DNA of 63,059 nucleotides, the filler included, from Hyphochytrium catenoides (lineage: Eukaryota > Protista > Hyphochytriomycota), in the NCBI GenBank assembly GCA_900088475.1. It is 12 parts of 12 records of this genome, joined end to end, with 100 filler letters (N's around TTAATTAATTAA, not from the genome) between each part and the next. Parts side by side here need not be neighbours in the genome. Positions count along the whole stretch, not along the records: positions 9,874 to 13,201 come from FLMG01002467.1; positions 13,302 to 24,102 come from FLMG01000246.1; 10 more parts are not named here. One strand, 5' to 3'. Below, piece after piece: positions 11,385 through 23,735 of this stretch. The notes under the pieces were generated by a model, which worked only from the letters and a program-made list of their open reading frames with translations, had not been told where the DNA came from and did not search any database. A program made the position numbers and the translations under genes. Every line of letters starts with the position of its first letter. Within the stretch, counting starts at the first letter, position 1.

Positions 11385-12854
11385 TCAGCTCTTTCTGAAG
11401 ACGCCGTGCACCCAGACTCTTCTTAGCTCTTGCGCTGTCTTCCTGTTCTGCAGCTTCACCGTGCAGTACTCGAGCTCTTCCGCCTGGAACCCGCAGGACG
11501 AGAAGAGAGAAGAGAGGTCCTCTGGCAAGGAGAGGAGTGACATAGTTAGAGAGAGAGAGAGAGAGGAAGGTGTCCCCTGTCCTCTTCTTATGGTGCTCTC
11601 CATTATTTCTGTCTTCCCCCTCTCCTTCCGCTCATCTCCATAGTAACACTTAAAATTCCTGCGCGTTTTTCGCTCTCCTTCCCCCTCTCTCTGTCTGTCT
11701 CTCTCTCTCTCTCTTTCTTTCTTTCTTCCTTCTTTTTCTCTCTCTCNNNNNNNNNNNNNNNNNNNNNNNNNNNNNNNNNNNNNNNNNNNNNNNNNNNNNN
11801 NNNNNNNNNNAAGAAGTAGGCCAAGGTCCCTTCTCCTCTATAATAAAGGCGATCTGTGAGGCGCCGCGTGGAGCGCATCATTGATAAATCGTACAGTCCT
11901 TGGACGATGAAAGAGAGACGAGAGAGAGAGAGTGAGAGAGAGAAGTAAGGAGAGATGGGTTGAACACAAGAGAGAGGGAGAGACAAAAAACAGAGAGAGA
12001 CACAGAAAGACCGAGGGGCATTAGATAGCTCTAGATACGATGAAAAAGAGAAGCAGAGAAAAAAAGACTGCTTCTAAGGACAATGAAGAGAGAGGAGAAG
12101 CGAGGGTTGCGGATGAAGTAGAGGGAGAGAGAGAAAGAGAAAGAAAAAGAGGGTTCTTCGGATCAACACTACCGCCAGTCGTACCGTAGTCCCTGAAGCA
12201 GACTACGCCACCAGTTCGAAGAGCCTAGGACCGAAAAGAGAGAGAGGGGGAGAGGAAAGAGAGCGTGAAAGAAGAGAAAATCAGAGAAGGAAAGACAAGG
12301 AATGCGGGAGAAAGGAGGCAAATGAAAAAAGGAAAAGAGATTATACGGAAGAGACGGAACAGGAGGACAGACAGGAGCGAGGAAGAGAAAGAGGGACAGA
12401 AAGAGAGATTTTAAAAAAGCAAGAAAGATATATGGGGAAAGAAGACAGAAGAAGAGAGAGTTAGGAATGCCGTCTTAGGTCCAACATAGGCCTAAGGCAA
12501 ACGGCGTAGAGCTAGATCTTCTAACTTAGAGATAATTCTCTCACTCATCTCTCTCTCTCTCTCTCTGTGTCTTTGTGCCTCCGTTACTCCCTCTCCTTGA
12601 CTGTCTTCTCTCTCTCTCTCTCTCTCTGTCTTTGTGCCTCCGTTACTGACTCTCCCTAACTGTCTTCTCTCTCTCTCTCTTACCGCATGAGCCTGTTCTA
12701 CTACATGCTTGAAAGCTTGGGGATCTATGGCGCTGAGAGTGAAAACCAGGAGAAGACAGTCGAATGTCTCTCTTTCCATGGAAGGAGGGAGGCGAGAGGA
12801 GGCAATGTCCCACACCAGAGCTTCACATCGAGAGGCATCGAAGGCTGGAGAGGA
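11385..12854 (-). CDS. METTL6: tRNA m3C methyltransferase METTL6/METTL2 family, 3' part (exons 12854-12684, 12224-12185, 11898-11811, about 11520-11385)
   Basis: WDIA..FDCLLLVFTLSAIDP, ALRTGGVVCFRDYGLYDLSMMR, YYRGEGTLAYF, GF..EELEY...NRK....RVWVHGVFRK. Confidence 0.85.
12549..12668. repeat. Intronic tandem duplication of about 59 bp
   Basis: (CT)n-gtctttgtgcctccgttact...actgtctt occurs twice. Confidence 0.8.
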
Positions 12855-13162
12855 CTGCCAGAAGAGAGAGAGAGCAAAAGAGAGAAAGCAAGCGAGAGAC
12901 AAAGAGAAAAAAAAAAGAAGGCGAGAAAGAGTATGAGAAAGAGACGGCGCGGGAGAAGAGAAGGAAAAGCAGAGAGAGACAAAACGTGAAAGAGAGGTGG
13001 AGAGAGAGAGAGAGAGACGCTTAGTCTATAGCAGAAACGATGGATCTCGATAATGGGAAGAAAGATTCAAACGCAGAGAGTAAAGGAAAGAGACAGCAGG
13101 GACAGAGATAAGAACGAGAAAGACAACAAAAAATGGATAGGAAGGAAACAGAAAGAGAAGAA

Positions 13163-13194
<32 letters not shown>

Positions 13195-14014
13195 GGGGGG
13201 GNNNNNNNNNNNNNNNNNNNNNNNNNNNNNNNNNNNNNNNNNNNNTTAATTAATTAANNNNNNNNNNNNNNNNNNNNNNNNNNNNNNNNNNNNNNNNNNN
13301 NAGAGAGAGAGGGAGAGAGAGGAGACGAGAAAGAGAGGAGAGGAGAGGAGACCAACGGACAGTGGGTTGGTAAGAGGGAGAGGAGGAGGAGGCAACTATC
13401 AGCTCTTCTAACGCCTGTGTCCTTTCCCGTACCGCGAGCCGCTAACGCCACCGAGCTGATCAAACATTCACAGAACCAATACTCGAAACATTATAATAGG
13501 TATCCCTCAACATTGAATCCGGCAATTGTGAAGGTAATTTCATGGCTGGACATTTGAGGAAGTGTGCATCTTCTCGGATGGCCTCTCTAAATAACGGGTC
13601 AGAGAAGGCTAGTTTCGGGCTTTGCATGGACATGTATGAGACAGACTGACCCATTGCGATGGTTTGACAATAACCGTAGCATCTAGCCATAGGGAAAGAC
13701 AGAGCAAGGATGATAGAGAGAGAAGAGAACGAGATGTGGAGAGCTGTGGACATTATAAGATCTGCGGCCGAGAAGAAGTCTCTCCAATTTGGGGAAGAAG
13801 TGTCTCCAACTCGAGGGGAAAGTGTTCCTACGTGTGTCATTGTGGCGAGTGAAAGGTTAAGCGTGTTTATGTTGCTTGTCTTCACAGCCTAGTACTAAGG
13901 ACAGGTTTGTCCGCCTGAGCCATCCTGTCTTTAGTGCCGACTTTCGCCATGTGTTGACGCTAAATATTATTTGTTGACGTTGATCCTTCGCTATTATTAT
14001 TCCGCATTCCGGCC

Positions 14015-15244
14015 TTATCGGGATGTGAGCTGGGCATTTGGACCCTCCTTCTGCCTCTTCTCTATAAGCCTTTTTGCTTGCACCTCTGCACTGAGGTAAC
14101 CTCTGTTCTCATAGCTGGTATAGTAAGGCAGATGCTTAGGCGGAGGACGTGCAAATCTGGGGATGATCTCAAACTTGTGAGGCTTGAGATGTGCGCGAAG
14201 GCCAAGTCTGTTGAAGTGAACCGTTGTAACAGAACCTCCAATGGCCTCTACAGCACTGATGGCCTCCTTAGAGGCACGAGTAACCTCAATCTTGATCGGT
14301 GTTCTTAGATGCTGCTTTCCCTGTAGAAAAAGAAGAGACGGGGTGAGACACAAGGGGTAGCTAGACATGAAGGGTCCTCAGGAGCTAACGTCTGACTGTT
14401 AGTAGGGCCACTACGCATATAAAGCACCAAACAACAGGTGCCAATTACCAAGGTCCTTCAAGAAGACCAGACTTTGACTTACGTTTGCGAGGAGCTTGAC
14501 TCCTTCTTTCACTCTGCCTATAATCTGTGAATCATGAATCTTCTTCATGGTAATCACCTCATCCGCGGGCAGTCGGCCCAAATCGATGAAAAGCTGAAGT
14601 TTGTCCAAGTTCAAAGGCTTCAGATCTTGCGAAAACCTAGTGATGGACTAAGGGAGTAAGCACTGATGATCGGAAAACCGTCCAAGAAGGCTAAGGAGGA
14701 CGGTTGAGCTAGAGCGACAGAATGGAAGAGATGAAGAAGCGTAATGCCATGCTGACGCCACGACATATGGAAGCCAATGACATCAAGAGCTACGACTCTC
14801 GGATTTTCCCGGTAATAACCGCTACTGTCTAAGCTGTGGCTTCTGAGATAAAAAGCTACTTACTTTCCAACAAAGCCTCGCTTGGGAATTCTCCGCCATA
14901 AGGGAGTTTGACCACCCTCAAATCTAAAGGCTCCAGGCCCAGACTTGCCACCCGATCTTGCCTTCTGGCCTTTGTGACCTCTTCCGGCAGTCTTGCCCTT
15001 TCCACTACCTGGACCTCTACCTAGTCGTTTGGCCTGCAAGACCCAGACGTCAGAGGAGCGTATCCAAAATCTCCAATGAAACGTGATCGTCCACTACCTT
15101 CTTCCTTGACCCCGGATTAGGCGCCAGAACATTAAGAGTGAGCGCGCCGACTGATCTGTAGGCCGTCGAAGTGAAAGCTCTAGCGAATGAGTTGGCGCCA
15201 TCTAGCTTCAAAGAAGCCAGGGACCTGACGAGAAGCGAGTTCAT
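14015..15244 (-). CDS. MRPL15: Mitochondrial ribosomal protein uL15m, 4 exons, complete
   Basis: Presequence-like N-terminus; [53 protein letters not shown]; GVKLLA; [19 protein letters not shown]; [11 protein letters not shown]. Confidence 0.95.
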
Positions 15245-15742
15245 AGCGTCCTAGACCTATTTATTAGGTGGTCAACCTCGCTATCTCTCTGCCCTGCCCT
15301 TCGTCTTCCAGATGATAATGAGCGCCCGCTCAATCTCAATGAAGACCCGTTCAGATCTCTTTGTTAGCGCAATGTAGGAAGCTTCATCAAGAACTCAGCA
15401 CCACTGAACCAACCCCAATACTGAGCAAACTGATCAAATAAACGACAGCTCATCGATAATCGGACAGTCAGTAATCGATAAATGGAACATACTTGTCTAC
15501 AGGAGCCATTCCTGTATTTGGAGGATATACTAATATGGATGAGAATGTGGTCCTTCCGTGGAGGGGATGTGCATTGCTTTGTCGAGTCTGCCTTTTCCCC
15601 CAAAAGGTCCCTAAACAGAGGTTTATGGGGTATCGTATGGTCCGCAAAAGCAGGTTAGGTTACTACAGCGTTTGTACACAGAGAGAATGGAAGAGAAAAG
15701 GCAGAGAGAGAGGAGGGACAGAGAGAGGGAGAGAGAGATAGA

Positions 15743-15784
<42 letters not shown>

Positions 15785-16041
15785 TAGATAGAGAGAGAGA
15801 GAGCGAGAAAGAGGAGAGAAAGGGACAGAGAGAGAAAGGGACAAAGAGAGAGAGAGGGAGGAGAGAAAGAGAGACAGAAACCGCAAGGAAGAGTGAGAGG
15901 AGCGTCCAGCATGACATGGTGACAGTACAGTAGGGTCCAGGAAGTAGAGAAGGGAAACATCCGAATCTCTTCCTCTTTGCTCTCTCTCTCCTTCTGCAGG
16001 TCGTCTGACCATCTGACCTACCTGCCCTCCTCGTCTTACTG

Positions 16042-16098
<57 letters not shown>

Positions 16099-16457
16099 TC
16101 TGGCCGTTCCTCCTTCAAAAGTTTGGTCACAGTGCGGACATTAGACGGTTGGGGCCATAGAAACAAGAAGAAAGGGCAGTCACGCTGTTGGGCCTTTAGT
16201 TCCCAAAGGAAGATCCTGTCTCTATCTTTTTGCAGTGGAAGAGAGACGCGCATCTCCGACAAGCGGGGAGAGAGAGAGAGAGACACGCACACGAGAGAGA
16301 CTCTGAAATAACCGCGGGAAGAAGATAGAGAGAAGTGCCATCACCTCTAGGAGAAGAGGCGGCAGGTTTTTCCATGGTTAAGAGATGAGAACGCTGTCTC
16401 TCTCTGTCCGCTGCACCTGAACGTGCTTGCCTTGGCCATCCTTCCGCGCCTCACTGC

Positions 16458-19400
16458 ATGACTGAAGGGGAGAAGATGGACGGGATGATCAGAGGGAAGC
16501 TCTTCAAGCGGAGCGACTATCTCCATGTAAATGTGTTCTTGGACGACAGAGTGTCTCTTCCCTTCTTTTTTTATTTGTCTTCTCAAATGCACTTTTCCAT
16601 CCCAGCATCACTGCACTCCGTCCTCTTTTTCCCATTCCCTACTCTCTCTTCTCTCTTTCTCTCTCTCTNNNNNNNNNNNNNNNNNNNNNNNNNNNNNNNN
16701 NNNNNNNNNNNNNNNNNNNNNNNNNNNNNNNNNNNNNNNTTTTTTTTCCCTCTCTGGCACCCACACATAGTTTCCGTCTTCTGACCTTCTCTCCCCATGT
16801 CCTCACATGCCAGAGATGGCGAACAAGAACCTTTGAGATAGACCTTAGCCTCTTGGTGAAGACCCTGCGGTACTATGACCAGCACAATAAACTGCGAGGA
16901 GAGGTGAGTGCCTCACGGAAAGCTCGGAACAGAAAAGAGAGAGAGAGGATGGAAAAGGGAGAGAGCAAGAGAGACGCAGAGTGATAATGCGTATGCGCGA
17001 GAGAAAGAGAATGTGTGCGTGTACGAGAAGAAGAGAGCGAGAGAGAGAGAGAGAGAGTCCCGACGATAGTGATCTCACTTGGAGAAAGGGAAGGGAAACA
17101 GAGAAGATCCTACTTTAAGAGCTGAGCAGCGTAGGCACACAGAGAGAGAGAGAGAGAGAGATCGCTGGGGAATAGATGTCCCTCCGAGGACGCACACTGA
17201 GAGAGACGGCGATAAAAAGGTTGTAAGGCTGAGTCCACATCACCTTCATTCTCTGCAGTTCATTCTTAGCGGCACGCGTTGCACTATTGAGCTTCTGGAC
17301 GCCTCTCTGGTTGGCAAGCCTCATGGTATGATGCTGCGTGCCTCGCTGATCCTTTTCTCTTTCTCCTCTCTTCTGTTCTCTTCTTCTCTTCTCTAGAGGT
17401 CTGCCATCTCCTGCCAATCCACCAGATAAATCTTAAGCAGTGCGTTGCGCCTCGCCTCCAATCTTCCTGTCTCCTTTCATCTTCTCTTAGTTAGCTGTTT
17501 TCTCCCTGACGAAGAGCTCACAAGGTCCGCTCTCGCTCTTTCTCTCTTTCCTGTCTGACTGTTTAGCCTTCCGTCTCGCCTCTGAGGCCAAGGAGATGAT
17601 CATGGCTGCAGGCTCAGAACCCTCTATGAGGAAATGGATTGACTACCTTGAGAGAAGTGGTGCAACACTGTTGGTAAGCGGTGACCCTTTCTGTCTACTC
17701 TCTCTCTCCTTTACTTTCTTTGGCCTCCAGTAGGCATGCTAACTCCTTCTTCCTTGCCGCTATAATCTCTCTCTTCTCCTCTCTCTTTCTCTCTCACTTT
17801 GCCTCTTTCTCTCTTCATCTCTCCTTTTATTATTGCTGTTAGGGCTCTCGCATGGAACAGCAGCTGTGGAAATCTGTGGCTTTAGAGGAGCAGAGACTAG
17901 CAGAACAACAAAGACTCGCGCAAGCTCAAGACCTATCTTCTAGGTCTATCAAGTCTTCAGACGTGTCCTCGCTCTCTAGCGGATCAGAGAGAACGTTTCT
18001 TTCCTCAGATCGAGGCTCGCTCCCTCTTACGGCGTATGATAGTGAAAGGACGTCGCATGAACCTGGTGTCAGACCGCATAGCAGTGAATGGTAGGAGATG
18101 TGGAGATGAGAATCGGTGACGTCCCCCGAGTCCTTCCTCACTTCTCTCTCTCTCCGAGCGTTTTTCTCTCTTGCACCACGTCTTCTCTGACTCACTTCTT
18201 CGCTTCGTCGTTCTCTTGCCGTCTCTTTGGTTAGCTCTAGAGAGTCTGAGGAAGACATGGAGGCAGAAGAGGCGGAGGAATCTTTAGATATCCCTTCGGA
18301 GTCTTCCATGCGGCTTATGCCTCTCAGAGTGGAGCCAGAGCCTAGTGCTGCCCTTTATTGCGGGAACTGCATGTATCCCTCAGTGTTCACTGCCTTGGGA
18401 TACAGAGCCTTACAGGTGAGAAGATGGTCCTGCGCGTACAGAAAGAAAGAGAGAGGAAAAGGGAGTGTGAGAAGGGATGAGATTCGTCCTCAAGGGCTTC
18501 TACGTTTTTGTGTCTTGTTCTATACGCCAACCGAGATGGGACCTGTCATACCAGCTTCGTACTCTCTCTTCCTCCTCCTGCTCAAATGTGTGAAAAGCTC
18601 AATACCTTTACCAGCTTCTGCTCCAGAGCTCCCTGTCTGCCATCCTGTTTCTCAGGCATTCGAAGCCTCACACAGGAGCTAACCCTCCCTGTTTCTCGTG
18701 TCGACGGCGGCCTGCCTCTTTCGCTGTCTCTCAATCTCTTATGTCTCGTCTCGACGAAGCGTCATCGCAGCTCCAAGGAGCTACTCGCCTCACGGTACCA
18801 CGACACGGCTATCACACCTCTCGCCCGCCAGTTGGACGAGGTAACAGAGGAGATTCACAGAAAGATCTTAGAGATGGGACTGGAAAAGATTCCCCTTCCC
18901 AATGCGCGGGCTGCGGCCCAGTGCCACGTTCTGCTCTCTCAGCATCTCAGCAGCTATGATAAGCTCTGTGTATTTATTGGAAGCTCTCACAGCGGTGCGC
19001 ATTGCCTCAGAGATGACCGTTTCTCTCTTTCGCCTCTGCACGCTTAGAAACCACTCATCTTCTTTGAGATCTCTACTCGCTCTCTCTGTGTCTTAACCAG
19101 CTGCTTTGATTTAAAGCCGACACTCTCTATGGGACACTCGTTTCTGCCTCCTCTTTGACCTTACTTCTAGTTTGCGCTATTTTTCTTTCTCTGCCACCAA
19201 TTGCAATTCCTCTGTCGCCAGGTGCAAAACTCTGACGAAAGCTAGACCTTAACGTTGCAGCGCTTTGTCTCCTCCTTTCGACCACCCCCATCTAAGTTTA
19301 GTCTCTATCCTAACTCTATTCCGACTCTCTTGCTCCAGGCGGCCTGGGTGTGCCTCCCGGTGTCTGGAGTCGAACGGCCTGTACAACGTTGGGAATAGAG

Positions 19401-21304
19401 AACGGCTCGATGATCTCATATATTGCAAAGGCACAGGAGCATGGTCGGAGTCCTTTTCTTCTTCTTGTCGTGTTCTCTCCCGGTCGAGTTCTTTTTCAAA
19501 GTCCATCTGCTATGCTTCTCTCTCTCTTACCACTTTCCGTTCTTGCTCTAGGATGGGGCACCTATCTTTCCTTTGCTGGCATGAACTCTCCATTGCTCTA
19601 CATAGTTGAATCTCACCACGATTTCCTTTATCCTCTCCGTTGCACCTTGCTAAATATTCTTTTAACCCTTGGCGCCTTCTCGTTTTCTTCATCAGAGTTT
19701 GGCTGCATTGTGCTCGATCCCGCGACGCACAGCATCTTTGCGGATGTCAATGGGACTGTACAGAAGGTGATGGTGAGTTATTTTATTTAGCCTGCTAGTC
19801 GTACGCGAATTAGCAAAGCGTATAGAGTAACAGGTCAGGTCAATAGAAGATGGACAGAGAGAGAGAGAAGGAAAGAGATGAAAGACAACAAAGTATAGAA
19901 TCATCCATAAGATTTAGACGACAAAGAAAGAGTATGATAAATCATCCCGACAGTTAACTTCAAAGTGTACCGCGGTTGACGGAGTCATATTTTCAAGGTG
20001 GAAGGCTCTGAGACTTCCGAGAAGCACATTGCGACCGCCTGGGAACGTTTTGTGGGACCGTCGGCGGCCGACAGCGTCTTTGTTATCGCTTATGGACTGG
20101 GCGGAGAGTCCTTTAAGGTAAGCGATAAGAAGATGCCAGGCGGGAAAAGCAGGACGCAGAGAGAAAGAAAAGGTGTAGAGCAGAGTGCGAAGGCTTTATC
20201 AGCTCTCTTATTGGTAACGAAGACGGCTCCTCACCTACAGTACGGCTGTGGTGCTGGAAAGGCGAGAGAGAGGCGGCCAGGACGGGCTCAGACGATTCTG
20301 TCTCATTTCATCGCTCTGTAGGACTATTTAGAGGCCAACCCCCACGTGCTGTCGAGCGCCAAGGGGCCGAGATTACAGGCTGTGAACTTCATTGGTAGCT
20401 CTTCATAGCTCTTTGCCATCTTGAGGCTGCGGCTACTGTCTCTCACTCCCCCCTCTCTCTCCGCATTCCTCTCTTTCCCCTCTTTCGTTGTACCCCGTAC
20501 TCTCTTTCTCCTCCTTTTCTTTTTCTTTCTCTTGTACTCCCTCTCTTACTTCTTGTCTACCCCTTTCTCCCCTCTCTTTGCCTCTGACTCCTCTCTCCAT
20601 CGACCCTTAATTTGTGCTGCTGCGTGTAATGGGCAGAAGTGAGGTGTTCACTCCATCTTGCCAGCCTCAGTCTCTGAAGCCCACGATATTCTCATTCTGA
20701 CACTCTTCTTCTCCTGGCAATCAGACTCTCCCCATAAGATCGATGCATCCACACATTTCGCTGTGCGGAAGTTCTTCGGTAGACGAGCCATCAATTGGCA
20801 AGAAGATAAGAAAGCGGCCTTTGGTGCGCAGCTACCTATTGAGATAGAGGATCAGAAGGGTACGCCTCTCCTCTGAGTTGTCTTCATTATCATGGATCGC
20901 TTGCGGTTTCTTGCCCTGCGCTGCGCTCCCTCATTGCTCCATCGACGTAGTGGAGGCCAACCTTCTTGCTCCCTTCTTTATTATTAGAAATCCATGGTCT
21001 TCCTTCTTTGGGAGTCTACGACCTCTCTCACCCCATGGTCCCGTTCCTCCCTCTATCTCAAGCGGTCATCCTTCGTCTTTGGTCTAAATCTCTTTGCATA
21101 GGTTGCGTCTGCATATCTGCAGGCCGTCAGCGGGATGGCTCAAATGGCTCAAATCGAGCGTGGCTGATCCCTGTCGTCAAGGACGCAGCTTTCCGGTACT
21201 TTGAGTTTTGCCTTGACATTGACTGCTACCAAGACGAGGGAAGCAGCGTCAGTGAGAGATTTGCAAAGTTAGAAAGTAGGACCGGTATGTCGGGCGGGTG
21301 GTAG
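16458..21304 (+). CDS. PH domain + Ser/Glu-rich linker + Arb2/FAM172A-like alpha/beta-hydrolase-fold domain, about 13 exons
   Basis: PH: GKLFKRSDYLH-RWRTRTFEI..LRYYD..KLRGE-FIL..HAFRL..MAAGSEPSMRKWIDYL. Arb2/FAM172A-like: KLCVFIG..PPGVWSR..GIENGSMISYIAKA..FGCIVLDP, SEKHIATAWERFV..SVFVIAYGLGG, AVNFIDSPH, AINW, CISAG. Splice phases are consistent, with one ambiguous junction at about 18415-18760. Confidence 0.8.
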
Positions 21305-21668
21305 GAGAGGTGGGCGCATGTATATGTGTGACTGATTGAGAAAGAGATAAAGGGGAAGAGGAGAAGGGACAAGAGAGACAGCGGAAAGAGGCAGAGTTAA
21401 GAGAAATGGATGTTCAAGAAAGAGTGAGAGCGAGAAATGGAGAACGATTGCACTTTGAAGACGTCATGCTCTCTCTATAAAACCCTTTAATTGCAACATT
21501 GTAGACAGCATATGGACGTTTGTTCTATCATAATCTCCTCATGTCAACAAGCACTCCTCAAGAGAGCGAGCAAGAAACTGCTTGGTGAGCAGGAAAATGC
21601 CCTCTGTTAGGCTCGCTACCTCCCTGGAGTCTCTCTGGGTGACCATCTACCCTCGACAGGAACTAGGA

Positions 21669-23059
21669 TCACACATTATCAGTAGAGCGGCTTCCTCTCC
21701 TTAATGATCTAAGTGTAAGATCTCCATCCTGACCAGCAGGATTTCTCTTCTTTGTCTCCAGTTGCACCAAGCGCGCACAACCAACATGCCCATTCCTCTC
21801 TGCTAGCTGCAGGCAGGTCTCATCCTACAAAATCCAATGGTCAGTCAAATGTATGAAAGTCCACGATAAGAGAGAGAGGGCCATATAATGCCTGAGGTCC
21901 CTTTCCCGTCCTATCCTATCTCCTCAACCTTCTCCATATGCCAACGCCGTTTCTCCATGCTCTCGGCGTTCGAGACTCCGTCCAACCTCCTTTCCTACCT
22001 TGGTGTTGTTAATGAATGGGTTTGCATTCTTGTCTAGCAGAAGCTTTACGCAGAGTCCGTGGCCATTCTGGCAGGCGAGGTGCAGAGGGGTGTTGCCGTC
22101 GTTATCTTGAAGGTTAAGATCCGCCCCGGCTTCCGCAATCATCCTAGGCAGAGCAACAGAGTGTGAGAGTGACAAAGGGCTAAAACCATCACGTTCGGTA
22201 GGCAGAGCAAGCTCTGACCGCCAGCAGCGGTGTATGCGTCACATAGTGGGATATGACGCAAGATAGAGGAAGAGTGCTCCCCAAAGAAAGAACTGAACGA
22301 CAAACCAAGGAAAACAATTCCTAGCAAATCACGAGTGTTTCGGCTCTCTCTCTCATTCTCTCTCTCTCTCTTTTGTCTGGTGTCTTGTTCTCCCCTCATT
22401 CCTTCTCTTGCTGACCTAATGGCGTCACCGTGGCCCCCTTTCGCTGCATAATGTATGGCTGTCATCCCGGTGCGGCTGTCCTTTCCATCAATGTTGATGC
22501 TGACGCCCTCTAGCCATCGCCGAAGTATTTTGACATTTCCTTCCTCGGCTGCACTCTTGACAAAACCGAGGAGTGCAGTAGAGGAGGCGTGGTCATGGCT
22601 CTCTGCGCTCGGAAGCAGCAGAGTGTTAGACAATCTGACATTGCATCGTCCATCGCCTTCTCTTACTCTTCCTTGTCCATTCCAAGCTGTCGTCCTCACT
22701 CACTCTCGCTAGACAGCCTGCCTATTGATTCTGATACTCGCACTATTTAAGAGTTGTCATCCCCCCTCGCCGTCACAATAACAGCGCACCGCTAGTTCCG
22801 CAGAGCTTTATCTATTCAAACCACAGCAATCCTTGCCTCATGCTCATCGTCATCCTCGCGTCTTCCTCCTTGTTGTGAACCTAATACCCGTGAAGACAGT
22901 GTAAGAGCGCATACCTGCGGTTCCTGTGCTTTTATTGGAGCCCCTGCGCAGCACTGTCTTGGAGCCTGATCCCGACGTTAAGCTGATAATCAGCAAGAAG
23001 ACAAGCGCTGCAATTCCCGCCAACAATACCAGTACTGCGACTGGATGCAAGCCCCACAT
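21669..23059 (-). CDS. Small ankyrin-repeat protein with N-terminal TM/signal anchor, 4 exons
   Basis: MWGLHPVAVLVLLAGIAALVFLLIISL; AAEEGNVKILR; GMTAIHYAAKGGHGDAIR; GNTPLHLACQNGHGLCVKLLL; ETCLQLAERNGHVGCARLV. Confidence 0.85.
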
Positions 23060-23668
23060 GGCGGATGAGGGCGCTACAGCGTAATAAATAAAGGCAAGGA
23101 GCCACCGAAGACTGTGGAGCAACGTTGTGGCCGAGTCTTTCCACGACACTTGAGACCTCGAAGCCTAGAAGAGAGCTTGCTAAAGGGAGACTATTGAGGG
23201 ACTCAAATCGCTTGAGCGCGACGGCCAAAGAGTTAGCGACGCTATGAGAAGAGCACCAGAATGGCGATGAAGAATCTCCAGAAATGCCCGCAGACACAGC
23301 GTAGGAAGGTCTACAGATCTGGCGCTTGGCGCTGCGTTTCTCTGTAAGGATATCATAGCACTATCTTTCTCCTCTCGATTCCTGATCTGAGTCAAAGCAT
23401 CACAGAGGCTCCTGTATCGGTAAATGCCTACGTACAGTAGGGACGGTTTCCAGCTGCTTATCCTTCGTTCCGAATAATCATTACACATATGAGGTATAGT
23501 GTCAGTTGAAGGTTGTGAGCGACAACGGGAAGCATCGTACTGCGCTGTACAACATGTACGCGCAGCTCCAAGGGGAGTACTGCAACCGCTGGTTTATAGC
23601 AGTCACAGAGCCGATCAGAATCCTTCCCAAGAGACATCAAGAACCAGGAAGCAGGTCTCCGCTATCAC

Positions 23669-23735
<67 letters not shown>

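Noticed and set aside
13380-13892. Possible plus-strand exons (also 2577-2780, 23506-24025, 30400-32400 and 53400-54550)
   Set aside because: Partly coding-like, but no recognisable domain and no consistent splice model could be built.
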